DNA of 64,000 nt from an uncultured Acidobacteriota bacterium (GCA_963805975.1 CAWDVR010000003.1:416001-480000); one strand, 5' to 3'. Positions 47,437-57,520 are shown, numbered from the stretch's first letter. Notes: generated from the sequence alone by a model not told the origin. Numbers and translations: made by a program.

Positions 47437-50109
47437 ATGGCGGCGGAAGAGCGCCCACCCAGCCCGGTGCTGCGCCTCTGCCGGCTGCTGCTCCAGGCCC
47501 TCGGCCTGGTGCTGCCCAGGAGCAGCCGCGCCCCGTGGCGCGAGGGCTGGGAGGGCGAGCTCTGGCACCGCTGGCGGCTCCTGGCCGGCGGCGGCCGCCC
47601 TCCGCTCACCGCCCAGCTCGACCTCCTGGCGCGCTCGACCGGCGCCTTCTCCCACGCCCTCTGGCTCGCGAGCCGTGAATGGAGGACCGAACCCATGCTG
47701 CAGGATCTTCGCTACGCCTGGCGCCAGCTCGTTGCCAAGCCCGGCTTCACCGCCGTCGCCCTGCTCTCTCTCGGTCTCGGGATCGGTGCCAACTCGGTGC
47801 TCTTCAGCGTTGTCGACGGCGTGCTGCTCCACCCCTTCCCCTATCCCGAGGTGGACCGCCTGGTGGCGCTCGGCGTCTCCTACCCCAAGCTGGGCGGCGA
47901 GGAGCGCTTCGTGGAAGCGGTATCCGAGCCGGAGCTGGCGGACGCGGAAAACGGGAGCCGCACCCTGGAGCGCTTCTTCGCCTTCGACCTCGGCAACCGG
48001 GACCTGGGCGGCATCGACGTGCCGGAGCGGCTGTTCACCGCCTTCGTCTGGCACGACCCGTTCCCCACGCTCGGCCTCCCGCCGGCCCTCGGCCGCGGCT
48101 TCACGCGCGAGGAGATCGAGCGCCAGGAGCCGGTGACGATCGTCAGCCACCGGGTGTGGAAGGACCGCCTGGGCGGCGACCCGGCGTGGGTCGGGCGCTC
48201 GATCCTGGTCAACGGCATTCCCCGCACGCTGGTCGGCGTCATGCCGGCCCGGCTCTCGCTGCTCAACACCGAGCTGTGGCTGCCGATGTGGGCGTCGCGC
48301 GGCGAGCTGCCGCGGGAGCAGCGCCAGTTCACGGTGCTGGCGCGGCTGGCGGACGGCGTCTCGCTCGCCGAGGCCAACGCCGAGCTTGAGACGCGCGCCG
48401 CGCAGACCGAGCAGGCGTTCGTCGCCGAGCGCCCGGAGTATGCGGGCTGGCGCCTGGCCGCCACCCCGTTCGTCGGCGTCTGGGGAAAGTTCGTGGGCCC
48501 GGCCGGCTACATCCTGCTGGGCGCGGTGGGGCTGGTGCTGCTCCTCGCCTGCACCAACCTGGCGAGCCTTCTCCTGGCGCGGGCCAGCGCCCGCCAAGGG
48601 GAGCTCGCGGTGCGTGCCGCGCTCGGCGCCGCCCGGCCGCGCCTCGTCCGGCAACTGCTGACCGAGTGCCTGCTGCTCGCCGCCGGCGGCGGCGCGCTGG
48701 GCCTGCTCCTGGCTGTCGCGGGGCTGGACGCGGCGGTCGCCGCGCTGCCGCTCGACCAGTTGCCGGGCCACGTGGAGATCGGCGTCAACGGCCGCGTGTT
48801 GGGCTTCACGCTCGGGGTCTCGCTCCTCTCTGGGCTGCTCTTCGGTGTGGTGCCCGCCTTGATCGGCTCGCGGGTGGACGTCCAGGCGCGGCTCAAGGCC
48901 AATGCCGGGCGCTCGCCGCTGGGCCGCCGCGCGGGCTTCGTCCGCCGCGCGCTGGTGGTGGTCGAGGTGGCCCTCGCCCTGATGCTGATGGTGGGCGCGG
49001 GCCTCCTGATGAAGAGCCTCCTCCGGCTGCGCGCGGTGGATCCGGGAGTCGAGGTGGAGAACGTGCTCACCATGCGCCTCACCCTGCCGCAGGAGCGCTA
49101 CCAGGGCGTGGCGGTGGTGCAGTTCTTCACCGAGCTGGCGGAGCGGGTCGCGGCCGTGCCGGGCGTCGAGTCCGCGGCCGTGGCGAGCCAGCTCCCGCCG
49201 CTCGGAGTCTTCGATACACGGTTCGAGATCGAGGGCGAGGCGCCGGCCACGGCCGAGCTGCTGCCGGTGATGGACCTCACAGTCGCAAGCCCCGAGCTCT
49301 TCCGCACGCTCGGCATTCCACTCCACCGGGGACGCCTCTTCGGCGGCGAGGACGGCATCTCCTCGCCGCCCGTGGTAGTGGTCAACGAGATGATGGCCCG
49401 GCGCTACTTTCCGGGCCGCGAGGCGATGGGGCGGCGCATCCGCCTGGGCGGCGGCAGCGGGCCGTGGGCGACGATCGTCGGCGTGGTGGCGGACACCCGC
49501 AACCACGGCCTCGACCAGGCGACCGAGCCCGAAGCCTTCGTGCCCCTCGCCCAGACGCGCGGCGCCGACAACCAGCTCTTCCTGGTGGTGGCGACCCAGG
49601 GAGACGCGCTCGCCGCCCTGGGCTCGGTCCGCGCCGCGGTGCGCTCGCTCGACCCCCACCAGCCGGTCTACGCGGTGAGCACCGTGGCGCAGCGGTTCGC
49701 CGGCCAGCTCATGGCGCGCCAGGTCGCCGGCATCGCGCTCTCGGTCTTCGCGCTGGTGGCGCTGGGGCTTGCCGCCATGGGCATCTACGGCCTGCTCTCC
49801 CACTCGATCGCCGAGCGCACGCACGAGATCGGCATCCGCATGGCGCTCGGCGCCGGGCGCGAGAACGTGCTCGCGCTGGTGGGGAGGCAGGTGGCGGTGC
49901 TCCTCGCCTGCGGCCTGGGCCTCGGCGCCGCGGGTGCGCTCGCCCTCTCGCGCTCGCTCTCGGCCCTGCTCTTCGAGGTCAAGCCCACCGACCTGCGGAC
50001 CCTCGTCGTGGTCGCCGCCGTGCTCGGGGCCACCGGTCTCCTGGCCGGCTACCTCCCGGCGCGGCGCGCCGCGGCGCTCGATCCCTCGCGGGCGTTGCAG
50101 GAGGGGTGA
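47437..50109 (+). CDS. ADOP-type duplicated permease with N-terminal prefix domain
   Basis: ~85-aa helical prefix followed by MLQDLRYAWRQL..PGFT and a duplicated FtsX architecture. Confidence 0.92.
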   Translation: MAAEERPPSPVLRLCRLLLQALGLVLPRSSRAPWREGWEGELWHRWRLLAGGGRPPLTAQLDLLARSTGAFSHALWLASREWRTEPMLQDLRYAWRQLVAKPGFTAVALLSLGLGIGANSVLFSVVDGVLLHPFPYPEVDRLVALGVSYPKLGGEERFVEAVSEPELADAENGSRTLERFFAFDLGNRDLGGIDVPERLFTAFVWHDPFPTLGLPPALGRGFTREEIERQEPVTIVSHRVWKDRLGGDPAWVGRSILVNGIPRTLVGVMPARLSLLNTELWLPMWASRGELPREQRQFTVLARLADGVSLAEANAELETRAAQTEQAFVAERPEYAGWRLAATPFVGVWGKFVGPAGYILLGAVGLVLLLACTNLASLLLARASARQGELAVRAALGAARPRLVRQLLTECLLLAAGGGALGLLLAVAGLDAAVAALPLDQLPGHVEIGVNGRVLGFTLGVSLLSGLLFGVVPALIGSRVDVQARLKANAGRSPLGRRAGFVRRALVVVEVALALMLMVGAGLLMKSLLRLRAVDPGVEVENVLTMRLTLPQERYQGVAVVQFFTELAERVAAVPGVESAAVASQLPPLGVFDTRFEIEGEAPATAELLPVMDLTVASPELFRTLGIPLHRGRLFGGEDGISSPPVVVVNEMMARRYFPGREAMGRRIRLGGGSGPWATIVGVVADTRNHGLDQATEPEAFVPLAQTRGADNQLFLVVATQGDALAALGSVRAAVRSLDPHQPVYAVSTVAQRFAGQLMARQVAGIALSVFALVALGLAAMGIYGLLSHSIAERTHEIGIRMALGAGRENVLALVGRQVAVLLACGLGLGAAGALALSRSLSALLFEVKPTDLRTLVVVAAVLGATGLLAGYLPARRAAALDPSRALQEG

Positions 50110-50230
50110 AGGCGTTACCCGAGCTCGCCCGCCTCGACGAGGAGCGCACGATAGATCCTGGCGCGGGGCGCGTCGATGTGACGGCGGGCGTGGGTTGATG
50201 CCATGCCTCCTCCCGGGCAACGGTACGGCC

Positions 50231-51139
50231 TCAGCACTCTTTGTAGTGGCGCTCCATGGCATGCATCTTCTTGGTCGGTGTATTCAAGCTGTCACCGTAC
50301 CAGTCGGCGAGGTAGGTGGAGCACATCACTTTCTTCGGTGCCAGGTTGCCGACCCATTCGGCACAGCCGTAGGGGCACGGAGGGAGCTCGGCATAGAGCC
50401 AGTCGAGGCTGGCACCGGCCTGGAGAAGGCTCTTTTGGGTCTCAGCACCGTCCGTCTGGTAGAACGTGACTCCTAGCTGCTCGCAAACCTTCTGGAGTGC
50501 GCCGCGCTCGGCGTGGCTGGGTGCGGTTCCGCCGGTATTGCTGCGCGCAGTACCGGTGACCACCTTGCCCTTTTGGCTGGTCGCCTGCGCCATGGCGAAG
50601 CAGCAGAGTGTGCTTCCCTCCTTCTTGCGCAGCGTTCGCACCGGCTGGAGGATCTCGAGATCGGAGGAATCGACCTCCTCGAGCTTGTAACCCTTCCGTA
50701 GCTCGGCTCGTGGCTGCTGGAGGGGCGGCGCGGAGAGCCGGCGGAGGGCGTAGTCCATACAGAAGCTGTGATGTTGCCAGGGGACCTGCTGCTCCTTGAT
50801 CCACTGGAAGACCGCCGGCAGCGAGCCGAGCTGGTCGATCTGCGAGCGGTACCAGCCTTCCAGCTCGTCGTAGTCCGGGATCTGGGGATCCGTGGTGTAG
50901 GTGATCTCCTCCATGCGCTGGATCGTGCGCGAGGGCCACGGCGGCGGCGAGATCACGGGGCGCCAGCCTGCCGGATGCGCGATGCGCGCCCTCATCGGCT
51001 GCGCCGCGGGAGCCAGGGCCCGCGCCAAATGCGGCGCCAGCGGTATGGGAGCGGGAGCCACGGCGGGTTGCCCGACGCTGGCGATCATCCGCGCCACGTG
51101 CGGCGCGAGCGGCCGCGCTGGAGCGGCGTTGGGTTGCAC
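50231..51139 (-). CDS. putative effector/toxin with C-terminal Zn-dependent deaminase domain
   Basis: SHAE and LYAELPPCPYGC motifs; Pro/Ala-rich leader ending TIQRM. Start uncertain. Confidence 0.7.
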   Translation of the reverse strand: MQPNAAPARPLAPHVARMIASVGQPAVAPAPIPLAPHLARALAPAAQPMRARIAHPAGWRPVISPPPWPSRTIQRMEEITYTTDPQIPDYDELEGWYRSQIDQLGSLPAVFQWIKEQQVPWQHHSFCMDYALRRLSAPPLQQPRAELRKGYKLEEVDSSDLEILQPVRTLRKKEGSTLCCFAMAQATSQKGKVVTGTARSNTGGTAPSHAERGALQKVCEQLGVTFYQTDGAETQKSLLQAGASLDWLYAELPPCPYGCAEWVGNLAPKKVMCSTYLADWYGDSLNTPTKKMHAMERHYKEC

Positions 51140-51299
51140 CGTGCGGTGCTGGGTCGGTAGCTGCGGCAGCTTCCGCGGGTGGCGGCCGAGAGCGAGGGTG
51201 GGGAGTCGGGGCGGCAGTTGAGCCTCCAGTTCAAGCTCGGGGGCAGCTTACAGCCTATCCTTTTCGAGTCGTCCAGGGACCTTGCCGGAGATCAACCCG

Positions 51300-52538
51300 T
51301 CAAGGACGCTCTGCCAAGAAATCGAGCATCGTCGCGAGCGTCTCGCGCTCGAGGATCATCTCGAAGTGCGGGCCGTGGAGGTCGAAGGGCGGGTGGGAGA
51401 GGGCAGCGCTCTCCTGGGGCGAGAGAGAGTGCTGGCTGGCCTGGGCGGCGTGGCCGTCGCCGCGGGCCCTGGCGAGGGCCGCGAGCCTCGGCCGCGCCTC
51501 CAGCCAGGGGTCGCCGGTGAAGTGCGTCCGCCAGCGCCCGCCGCTTTCCACGAGCACGGCACGCCAGGGTGTGGGCTCGTCGAGGCTCTGGAGCGAGGCG
51601 TAGCGAGTGGCGCCGAAGGTGGGCGAGTCCGCTGCGAGGAGCTTGCGCAGGCGCCGGGCGCGGTCCAGGGAACGGGTGAGGAGGGCCAGGCGGTCCTCCT
51701 CCGGGCCCAGGAGGTCGAACGGCTTCACCGCCAGGCGTCGCGCCGCCCTCGCGCCCCAGATCGACCAGCCGTAGCGCCGCCAGCTCTCGGCCGCGAAGAG
51801 GTCGATGGCGAGTGGCTGGCCCTCCTCGTCCAGGAAGAGGTCCGCAGGCTCGGTCGGCAGATCCTGGTAGAGCGACGGGAACGTGAACAGGGTCTCCGGC
51901 GCCCAGGTCCGACCGACGAACCCGGCGTAGGAGCGCCCGCGGTTCATCTCGCGGAGGATGCGGAGACTGCCGGCGTTGGAGGTGCCGACCAACAGGAGCT
52001 GCTCGATCACGACGCCGGGGACCGGGGCCGCCCGCCCGGCCTCCGCCTCTTCGAGCGAGGCCGCGCCGTACTTGGCGAGGTACCGGCAGATGCGCTCCCC
52101 GGCCGACTGGCAGATGAGCGCCACCCGCAGCTCGGGGCCGCCGCGCAGCTCGTGGAGTGCCTCGAGCCGCGCGGCGAGCGAGGCCACGGCCTCAAGATTG
52201 TCCTGCCGCCAGTCATAGGGGAAGACGAAGAAGCTCTCACCGGGCTCGGGGTCGAGGAGGTTGCCGGCCGTGAAGCCGTTGGCCTCCAGCAGGCGGACGA
52301 TGGGGCCGTAGACGTCCTTTTTCCACATGCCAAGCGGCAGCGGGATCTCCTCGATGACGTCGAAGGCCGTGACGCTTCGCGGCTTCAGACCGGGCTTCAC
52401 CGGCAGGGCCAGCGCCCTCCCGCCGTCCCGCGGCGAGAACAACCGCGCCGCCGTGCCCCACTCGACGCGGCAGGTCTCCTCGTCGCGAAGCTGCGAGCCC
52501 GTGATCCCCGGTACCAGCACTACCACCCGCTCGCCCAC
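51300..52538 (-). CDS. alpha/beta-hydrolase, LCAT/lipase-like
   Basis: VLVPGITGSQL, FPYDWRQD, CQSAG nucleophile elbow, GTSNAGS, GDG and terminal His. Confidence 0.78.
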   Translation of the reverse strand: MGERVVVLVPGITGSQLRDEETCRVEWGTAARLFSPRDGGRALALPVKPGLKPRSVTAFDVIEEIPLPLGMWKKDVYGPIVRLLEANGFTAGNLLDPEPGESFFVFPYDWRQDNLEAVASLAARLEALHELRGGPELRVALICQSAGERICRYLAKYGAASLEEAEAGRAAPVPGVVIEQLLLVGTSNAGSLRILREMNRGRSYAGFVGRTWAPETLFTFPSLYQDLPTEPADLFLDEEGQPLAIDLFAAESWRRYGWSIWGARAARRLAVKPFDLLGPEEDRLALLTRSLDRARRLRKLLAADSPTFGATRYASLQSLDEPTPWRAVLVESGGRWRTHFTGDPWLEARPRLAALARARGDGHAAQASQHSLSPQESAALSHPPFDLHGPHFEMILERETLATMLDFLAERP

Positions 52539-52601
52539 CGCCTGCCTGAGGCCGGGCAGGGTGGGCGGTGGGGCGGTGGAGCAGGAGAGGAAGTCGTCAC
52601 G

Positions 52602-53237
52602 CTAGAGGCTCACCTCTCCGGCCGGTCTGCTCCGGTTGCGGTAGAGGCTCTCGTCCACGGCACCGATCATCCTTTCGAGGTCCAGGCGGTGGTCGAGGAA
52701 GGCGTTCATGCGCTCGGCCTCGGCGCGGGGGTTGGCGACCACGGCCTTGTAGTCCACGTACAGCACCTCGAACTGCGGCGCGGTGCGCAAGAGGTACTGC
52801 GCCTTCCAGAGGTGGTCCTCGAAGACCTCGGTCATGCGCCCGTCGCCGGCCGCCGGCTCTTCGCCGCGGTGTGCGAGCATCTTCTGCTGCGAGGCCAGCA
52901 CCTCGCCCAGGTCGCGCCGCAGGAAGATCACGCGGTAGTTGTTGGCGGCCGGGAGCTCCTTGAGCAGATAGGAGATGACCTTGATCGCCTTGCCGCGGGC
53001 GGCCCGGAGCCAGCTCTTGTCGGTCTCGTTCGCCAGGTCCTTGACCCGCTCGTGCTCGAAGTAGCCCTTGGGGTTGTCCTCGTCGGCGGTGCGCAGGCCG
53101 TCGGTGTGAGTGACGAGGCCGCCGGCTTCGAGCATCTTCATCGCCATCGAAGTGCCGGAGCGCGGCAGCCCCGAGACCACGACGACCGGCTCGCCGTGGC
53201 GCAGCCGCCGCCAGGTCCGTTGCAGTGGAGAAGCCAT
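52602..53237 (-). CDS. PAPS-dependent sulfotransferase-family protein
   Basis: VVSGLPRSGTSM 5'-PSB loop, DNPKGYFE and RRDLGEVLASQ motifs. Confidence 0.88.
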   Translation of the reverse strand: MASPLQRTWRRLRHGEPVVVVSGLPRSGTSMAMKMLEAGGLVTHTDGLRTADEDNPKGYFEHERVKDLANETDKSWLRAARGKAIKVISYLLKELPAANNYRVIFLRRDLGEVLASQQKMLAHRGEEPAAGDGRMTEVFEDHLWKAQYLLRTAPQFEVLYVDYKAVVANPRAEAERMNAFLDHRLDLERMIGAVDESLYRNRSRPAGEVSL

Positions 53238-53359
53238 CGTCTGGGCCGCTTGATCTGTCGAGGGGCTTGTCGCTACACTCCGAAGGCCGCCCGGCCCGCG
53301 GGCGGACTTTTATAGCACACGCTTCCACGATCCCCTACGCCGCCGCCCCGAGCCCCCGG

Positions 53360-55543
53360 TTGATCGCTCCACCTCGCTCCGTACGACCTCGCCTGCGCGC
53401 CGGATGGCTGCTCGCGGCCGGCTGCGCGCTGGTGGCGGCCTGGGCCCTGCCCGCCCAGGGCTACATCGGCCCCGGCGCCGGTTTCGCGCTGCTGTCGTCG
53501 TTCATGGTGGTCCTCACCACCATCATCCTCGCCTTCCTCTCGCTCCTCATCTGGCCATTCCGCGCTGTCTACCGGCGGCTCTCCCGCGGCAAGGCTCCCA
53601 GGCCGGTGATCAAGCGGATGATCGTGGTCGGTTTCGACGGCCAGGAGCCCAAGCTCACCGACCGCTGGATGGCCGAGGGCAAGCTCCCCAACTTCAAGCG
53701 GCTGGCCGAGATGGGCTGCTACCGGCGGCTGCGCTCCACCTACCCGTCGATCTCGCCGGTGGCTTGGTCCTCGTTCTCGACCGGCACGCACCCGGCCAAG
53801 CACAACATCTTCGACTTCCTGGACCGCGACCGCCGCACCTACCTGCCGATGCTGTCCTCGACCCACATCGGCGGCGTCGACAAGTTCTTGAAGATCGGCA
53901 AGTGGAAGATCCCGCTCGGCAAGCCGGACATCCGCCTGCTGCGGCGCTCGACGCCGTTCTGGACGCTCTTGGGCGAGCGCGGCATCTGGAGCACGGTGCT
54001 CCGCGTGCCCATCACCTTCCCGCCGGACAAGTTCTACGGCGCCGAGCTCTCGGCCATGGCGGTACCGGACCTCCTGGGCACGCAGGGCACGTTCCTGCTC
54101 TACACCACGCGACCGGCGCGCAAGTTCAAGGAGGGCGGCATCCGGGTGGGCCTCGAGCCGGCCGCAGGATCGAACGGCGCGCGGTTCGAGACCCGGATCG
54201 ACGGCCCGGAGAACTCCTTCCTCGAAGGCAGCCCGCCGCCGCCGCTCTCGGTGCCGATGGCGATCGAGCTCGATCGCGCCGCGGGAACCGCGAAGGTGAA
54301 GATCGGCGACGAGGACGAGCTGACCTTGAAGCCGAGCCAGCTCAGCGGCTGGGTGACCCTCCCCTTCAAGGCCGCGCCCGCCGTCAAGGTGAAAGGCATC
54401 TGCCGCTTCCAGGTGCTGGAGATGGGCGAGCACTTCTCGCTCTACCTGTCACCGATCAACATCGATCCCGACTCGCCGGCCATGCCCATCGCCCACCCGT
54501 CCTACTACGCCACCTACCTGGCGAAGAAGCTCGGCCCCTTCGCCACGCTGGGGCTGGCGGAGGACACGTGGTCGCTCAACGAAGGCGTGGTGGACGACGG
54601 CACCTTCCTGCAGCAGGCCCTGGACATCGACGACGAGCGCCGGGGGATGTTCTTCGCGGCGCTCGACCGCCTGCGCAAGGGCTCGCTGGTCTGCGTGTTC
54701 GACGCCACGGACCGCGTGCAGCACATGTTCTGGCGCTATCTCGAGAAGGGCCACCCGGCGACCCAGGGCAAAGAGGCGGGGCCGCACGCCAACGCCATCG
54801 AGGAGCTGTACCAGCGAAACGACGCGCTGGTCGGCCAGGTGATGAAGAAGCTCAGGAAGGGCGACCTCCTGATCGTCTGCTCGGACCACGGCTTCACCTC
54901 CTTCCGCCGCGGCGTCAACCTGAACGGCTGGCTGCTCGCGAACGGATACCTGGCGCTCAAGGAAGGCGCGGACGGCTCGGGCGAGTGGCTGGCCGACGTG
55001 GACTGGTCGAAGACCCGCGCCTATGCGCTGGGCCTCACCGGCATGTTCCTCAACCTGAAGGGCCGCGAGGCGCAGGGCATCGTCGAGCCGGGCGCGGAGG
55101 CCGAGGCGCTCAAGGCCGAGATCCTCCGCAAGATGTCCGGTCTGAAGGACACGGAGAAGAGCGAGATCGGCATCAACGAGGTGTTCGACACCGCCAAGCT
55201 CTATAGCGGCCCGTACCTCGAGAACGCGCCGGACTTCATCGTCGGCTACAACCACGGCTACCGCGTGTCGTGGGACTGCGCGAGCGGCATGGTGGCGGGG
55301 CCCGTCTTCGAGGACAACGTGAAGGCGTGGAGCGGCGACCACTGCGTGGACCCGCGGATCGTGCCCGGCGTGCTGTTCTCGAGCCACGCGATCGACGACG
55401 ACGACCCGGCGCTGATGGATCTCGCGCCCACGGCGCTCCGCCTGTTCGGCCTGGAGCCGCCCAAGCACATGGACGGCAAGCCGCTGTTCAAGCCCGGGCC
55501 GCTCGAGACGGACCCGTTCGCGAAGCCGGTGGTGGCGGGATGA
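53360..55543 (+). CDS. AlkP-superfamily phosphodiesterase/NPP-like protein with signal peptide and YIGPGAG-TM anchor
   Basis: GFDG, SPVAWSSFSTG, DRVQH, SDHGF and SGDH motifs. Probable TTG start at 53360. Confidence 0.88.
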   Translation: MIAPPRSVRPRLRAGWLLAAGCALVAAWALPAQGYIGPGAGFALLSSFMVVLTTIILAFLSLLIWPFRAVYRRLSRGKAPRPVIKRMIVVGFDGQEPKLTDRWMAEGKLPNFKRLAEMGCYRRLRSTYPSISPVAWSSFSTGTHPAKHNIFDFLDRDRRTYLPMLSSTHIGGVDKFLKIGKWKIPLGKPDIRLLRRSTPFWTLLGERGIWSTVLRVPITFPPDKFYGAELSAMAVPDLLGTQGTFLLYTTRPARKFKEGGIRVGLEPAAGSNGARFETRIDGPENSFLEGSPPPPLSVPMAIELDRAAGTAKVKIGDEDELTLKPSQLSGWVTLPFKAAPAVKVKGICRFQVLEMGEHFSLYLSPINIDPDSPAMPIAHPSYYATYLAKKLGPFATLGLAEDTWSLNEGVVDDGTFLQQALDIDDERRGMFFAALDRLRKGSLVCVFDATDRVQHMFWRYLEKGHPATQGKEAGPHANAIEELYQRNDALVGQVMKKLRKGDLLIVCSDHGFTSFRRGVNLNGWLLANGYLALKEGADGSGEWLADVDWSKTRAYALGLTGMFLNLKGREAQGIVEPGAEAEALKAEILRKMSGLKDTEKSEIGINEVFDTAKLYSGPYLENAPDFIVGYNHGYRVSWDCASGMVAGPVFEDNVKAWSGDHCVDPRIVPGVLFSSHAIDDDDPALMDLAPTALRLFGLEPPKHMDGKPLFKPGPLETDPFAKPVVAG

Positions 55544-57501
55544 GGGGCAGGGTAAGGGTCTCTGCCCTTGCGGCGCTCGGTCTCGCGCTTCTCACTCTCG
55601 CCGCCTGCGGCAGGAAGCACGACGCCAACGGCCCGCGCATGATCGTGCTCGGCTTCGACGGCATGGACTATGCGCTGACGCAGAAGCTCATGGCCGAGGG
55701 GCGGCTCCCGAACCTCGCCAAGCTGGCGGCGGAGGGCGGCTTCCAGTCGCTCGCCACCGCCGTGCCGCCGCAGAGCCCGGTCGCCTGGTCGAACTTCATC
55801 ACCGGCCTCGACGCCGGCGGTCACGGCATCTTCGACTTCATCCACCGCGACCCCAACACCATGACCCCCTACCTCTCGACCAGCCACACCGAGGCGGCGG
55901 GGAACGTGGTCAAGATCGGCAAGTACCAGTTCCCGCTCTCCGGCGGCAGGGTGGAGCTGCTGCGCCACGGCCAGCCGTTCTGGGACGTGCTCGAAGCGCA
56001 CGGCGTCGAGACCACCGTGGTGCGCATGCCGGCGAACTTTCCGCCCTCGGAGAAAGCGACGCGCGAGCTCTCCGGCATGGGCACGCCGGACATCCTCGGA
56101 ACGCCCGGCACCTTCACCTTCTACACCTCGGAGCTCTTCGCCTACTACGGCAAGCAGGTTTCGGGCGGCGAGGTGCACGAGGTCTTCGTCGAGGACGGCA
56201 TGGTCAAGGCCCAGCTCTACGGGCCGAACAACCCCTTCCTCTTGAAGTCCGAGAAGGTGGCGGCCGACTTCACGGCGGTGATCGACCCGGTGGAGCCGGT
56301 GGTCAAGCTCAGCGTGGGCGACGAGCAGCGGGTGCTGAAAGTAGGGGAGTGGAGCGACTGGGTGCCGGTCGACTTCAAGCTCATCCCCACCCAGAACCTG
56401 CGCGGCATCTGCCGCTTCTATTTGAAGTCTTTGCAGCCGGAGTTCCAGCTCTTCGTCTCGCCGATCAACTTCGACCCGCTCGCCCCGGCGCTGCCGCTCT
56501 CGCACCCGGAGGACTACGCGGCCGAGCTGGCGGAGGCCACGGGCCGCTTCTATACCCAGGAGATGCCGGAGGACACCAAGGCCTACAAGGAAGGCATCTT
56601 CTCGACCGACGAGTTCCTGACCCAGGCGCGCTACGTGGTCGACCACATGATCGAGCAGTACGACTACGTGCTCTCCCAGTACAGCTCGGGCCTGCTGTTC
56701 TACTACTTCGGCAACACCGACCAGGTGGCACACATGATGTGGCGCACCCTGGACCCCGGCCACCCGGCCTACAGCGCCGAGAAGGACGGGCCGTACGAGG
56801 ACGTGATCCCGGCGCTCTACGAGAAGTTCGACGGCATCGTCGGCCGGACCCGCGAGCGGATGCCCGCCGGCACCATGCTGGTGGTGATGTCCGACCACGG
56901 CTTTTCTTCCTGGCGCCGGGCGGTACACCTCAACTCCTGGCTGCGCGACAACGGCTACCTCGTGCCGCTCGATCCCGGCCGCAAGACCGACGCCGGCTAC
57001 TTCTCGAACGTCGACTGGACGAAGACGCGCGCCTACGCCCTGGGCCTGAACGGCCTCTACGTCAACCTCAGAGGGCGCGAGAAGAACGGCATCGTCGAGT
57101 CGACCGATCGCCTGCCGCTGATGAAGGAGATCGCCGGCAAGCTCCTCGCGCTCACCGATCCCAAGACCGGCGAGCGGGCCGTCACCAAGGCCTACCTCCG
57201 CGAAGAGGTCTACCAGGACCGGGAGTACATCGAGATCGGCGCCGACATCCAGGTCGGCTACGCCAAGACCTACCGCGGCTCGAACGAGTCGGCCCTGGGC
57301 GGCATGACCGAGGAGCAGTTCACGGACAACCTGAGCGCCTGGAGCGGCGACCACTGCATGGACCACGAGGCCGTGCCCGGCGTGCTGTTCACGAGCCGCA
57401 AGCTCCGGAAGCCGGCCACCAGCCTGAAAGACCTGGCGGCCTCGATCCTCACCGAGTTCGGAGTGGAAGGGTTTCCGCTGCGGGAGCGCCGCTCGCCCTA
57501 G
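55540..57501 (+). CDS. AlkP-superfamily phosphodiesterase/NPP-like lipoprotein
   Basis: ATGA overlap with the upstream gene, LAAC lipobox, GFDG, SPVAWSNFITG, DQVAH, SDHGF and SGDH motifs. Confidence 0.88.
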   Translation: MRGRVRVSALAALGLALLTLAACGRKHDANGPRMIVLGFDGMDYALTQKLMAEGRLPNLAKLAAEGGFQSLATAVPPQSPVAWSNFITGLDAGGHGIFDFIHRDPNTMTPYLSTSHTEAAGNVVKIGKYQFPLSGGRVELLRHGQPFWDVLEAHGVETTVVRMPANFPPSEKATRELSGMGTPDILGTPGTFTFYTSELFAYYGKQVSGGEVHEVFVEDGMVKAQLYGPNNPFLLKSEKVAADFTAVIDPVEPVVKLSVGDEQRVLKVGEWSDWVPVDFKLIPTQNLRGICRFYLKSLQPEFQLFVSPINFDPLAPALPLSHPEDYAAELAEATGRFYTQEMPEDTKAYKEGIFSTDEFLTQARYVVDHMIEQYDYVLSQYSSGLLFYYFGNTDQVAHMMWRTLDPGHPAYSAEKDGPYEDVIPALYEKFDGIVGRTRERMPAGTMLVVMSDHGFSSWRRAVHLNSWLRDNGYLVPLDPGRKTDAGYFSNVDWTKTRAYALGLNGLYVNLRGREKNGIVESTDRLPLMKEIAGKLLALTDPKTGERAVTKAYLREEVYQDREYIEIGADIQVGYAKTYRGSNESALGGMTEEQFTDNLSAWSGDHCMDHEAVPGVLFTSRKLRKPATSLKDLAASILTEFGVEGFPLRERRSP

Positions 57502-57520
57502 CGGCACCAAGGAGTAAGCG

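Noticed and set aside
52539-52604. Programmed amber readthrough (pyrrolysine) fusing the sulfotransferase and the lipase
   Set aside because: An in-frame arrangement has a one-in-three chance, the sulfotransferase ends at a normal position, and no pyl genes are present in the window.
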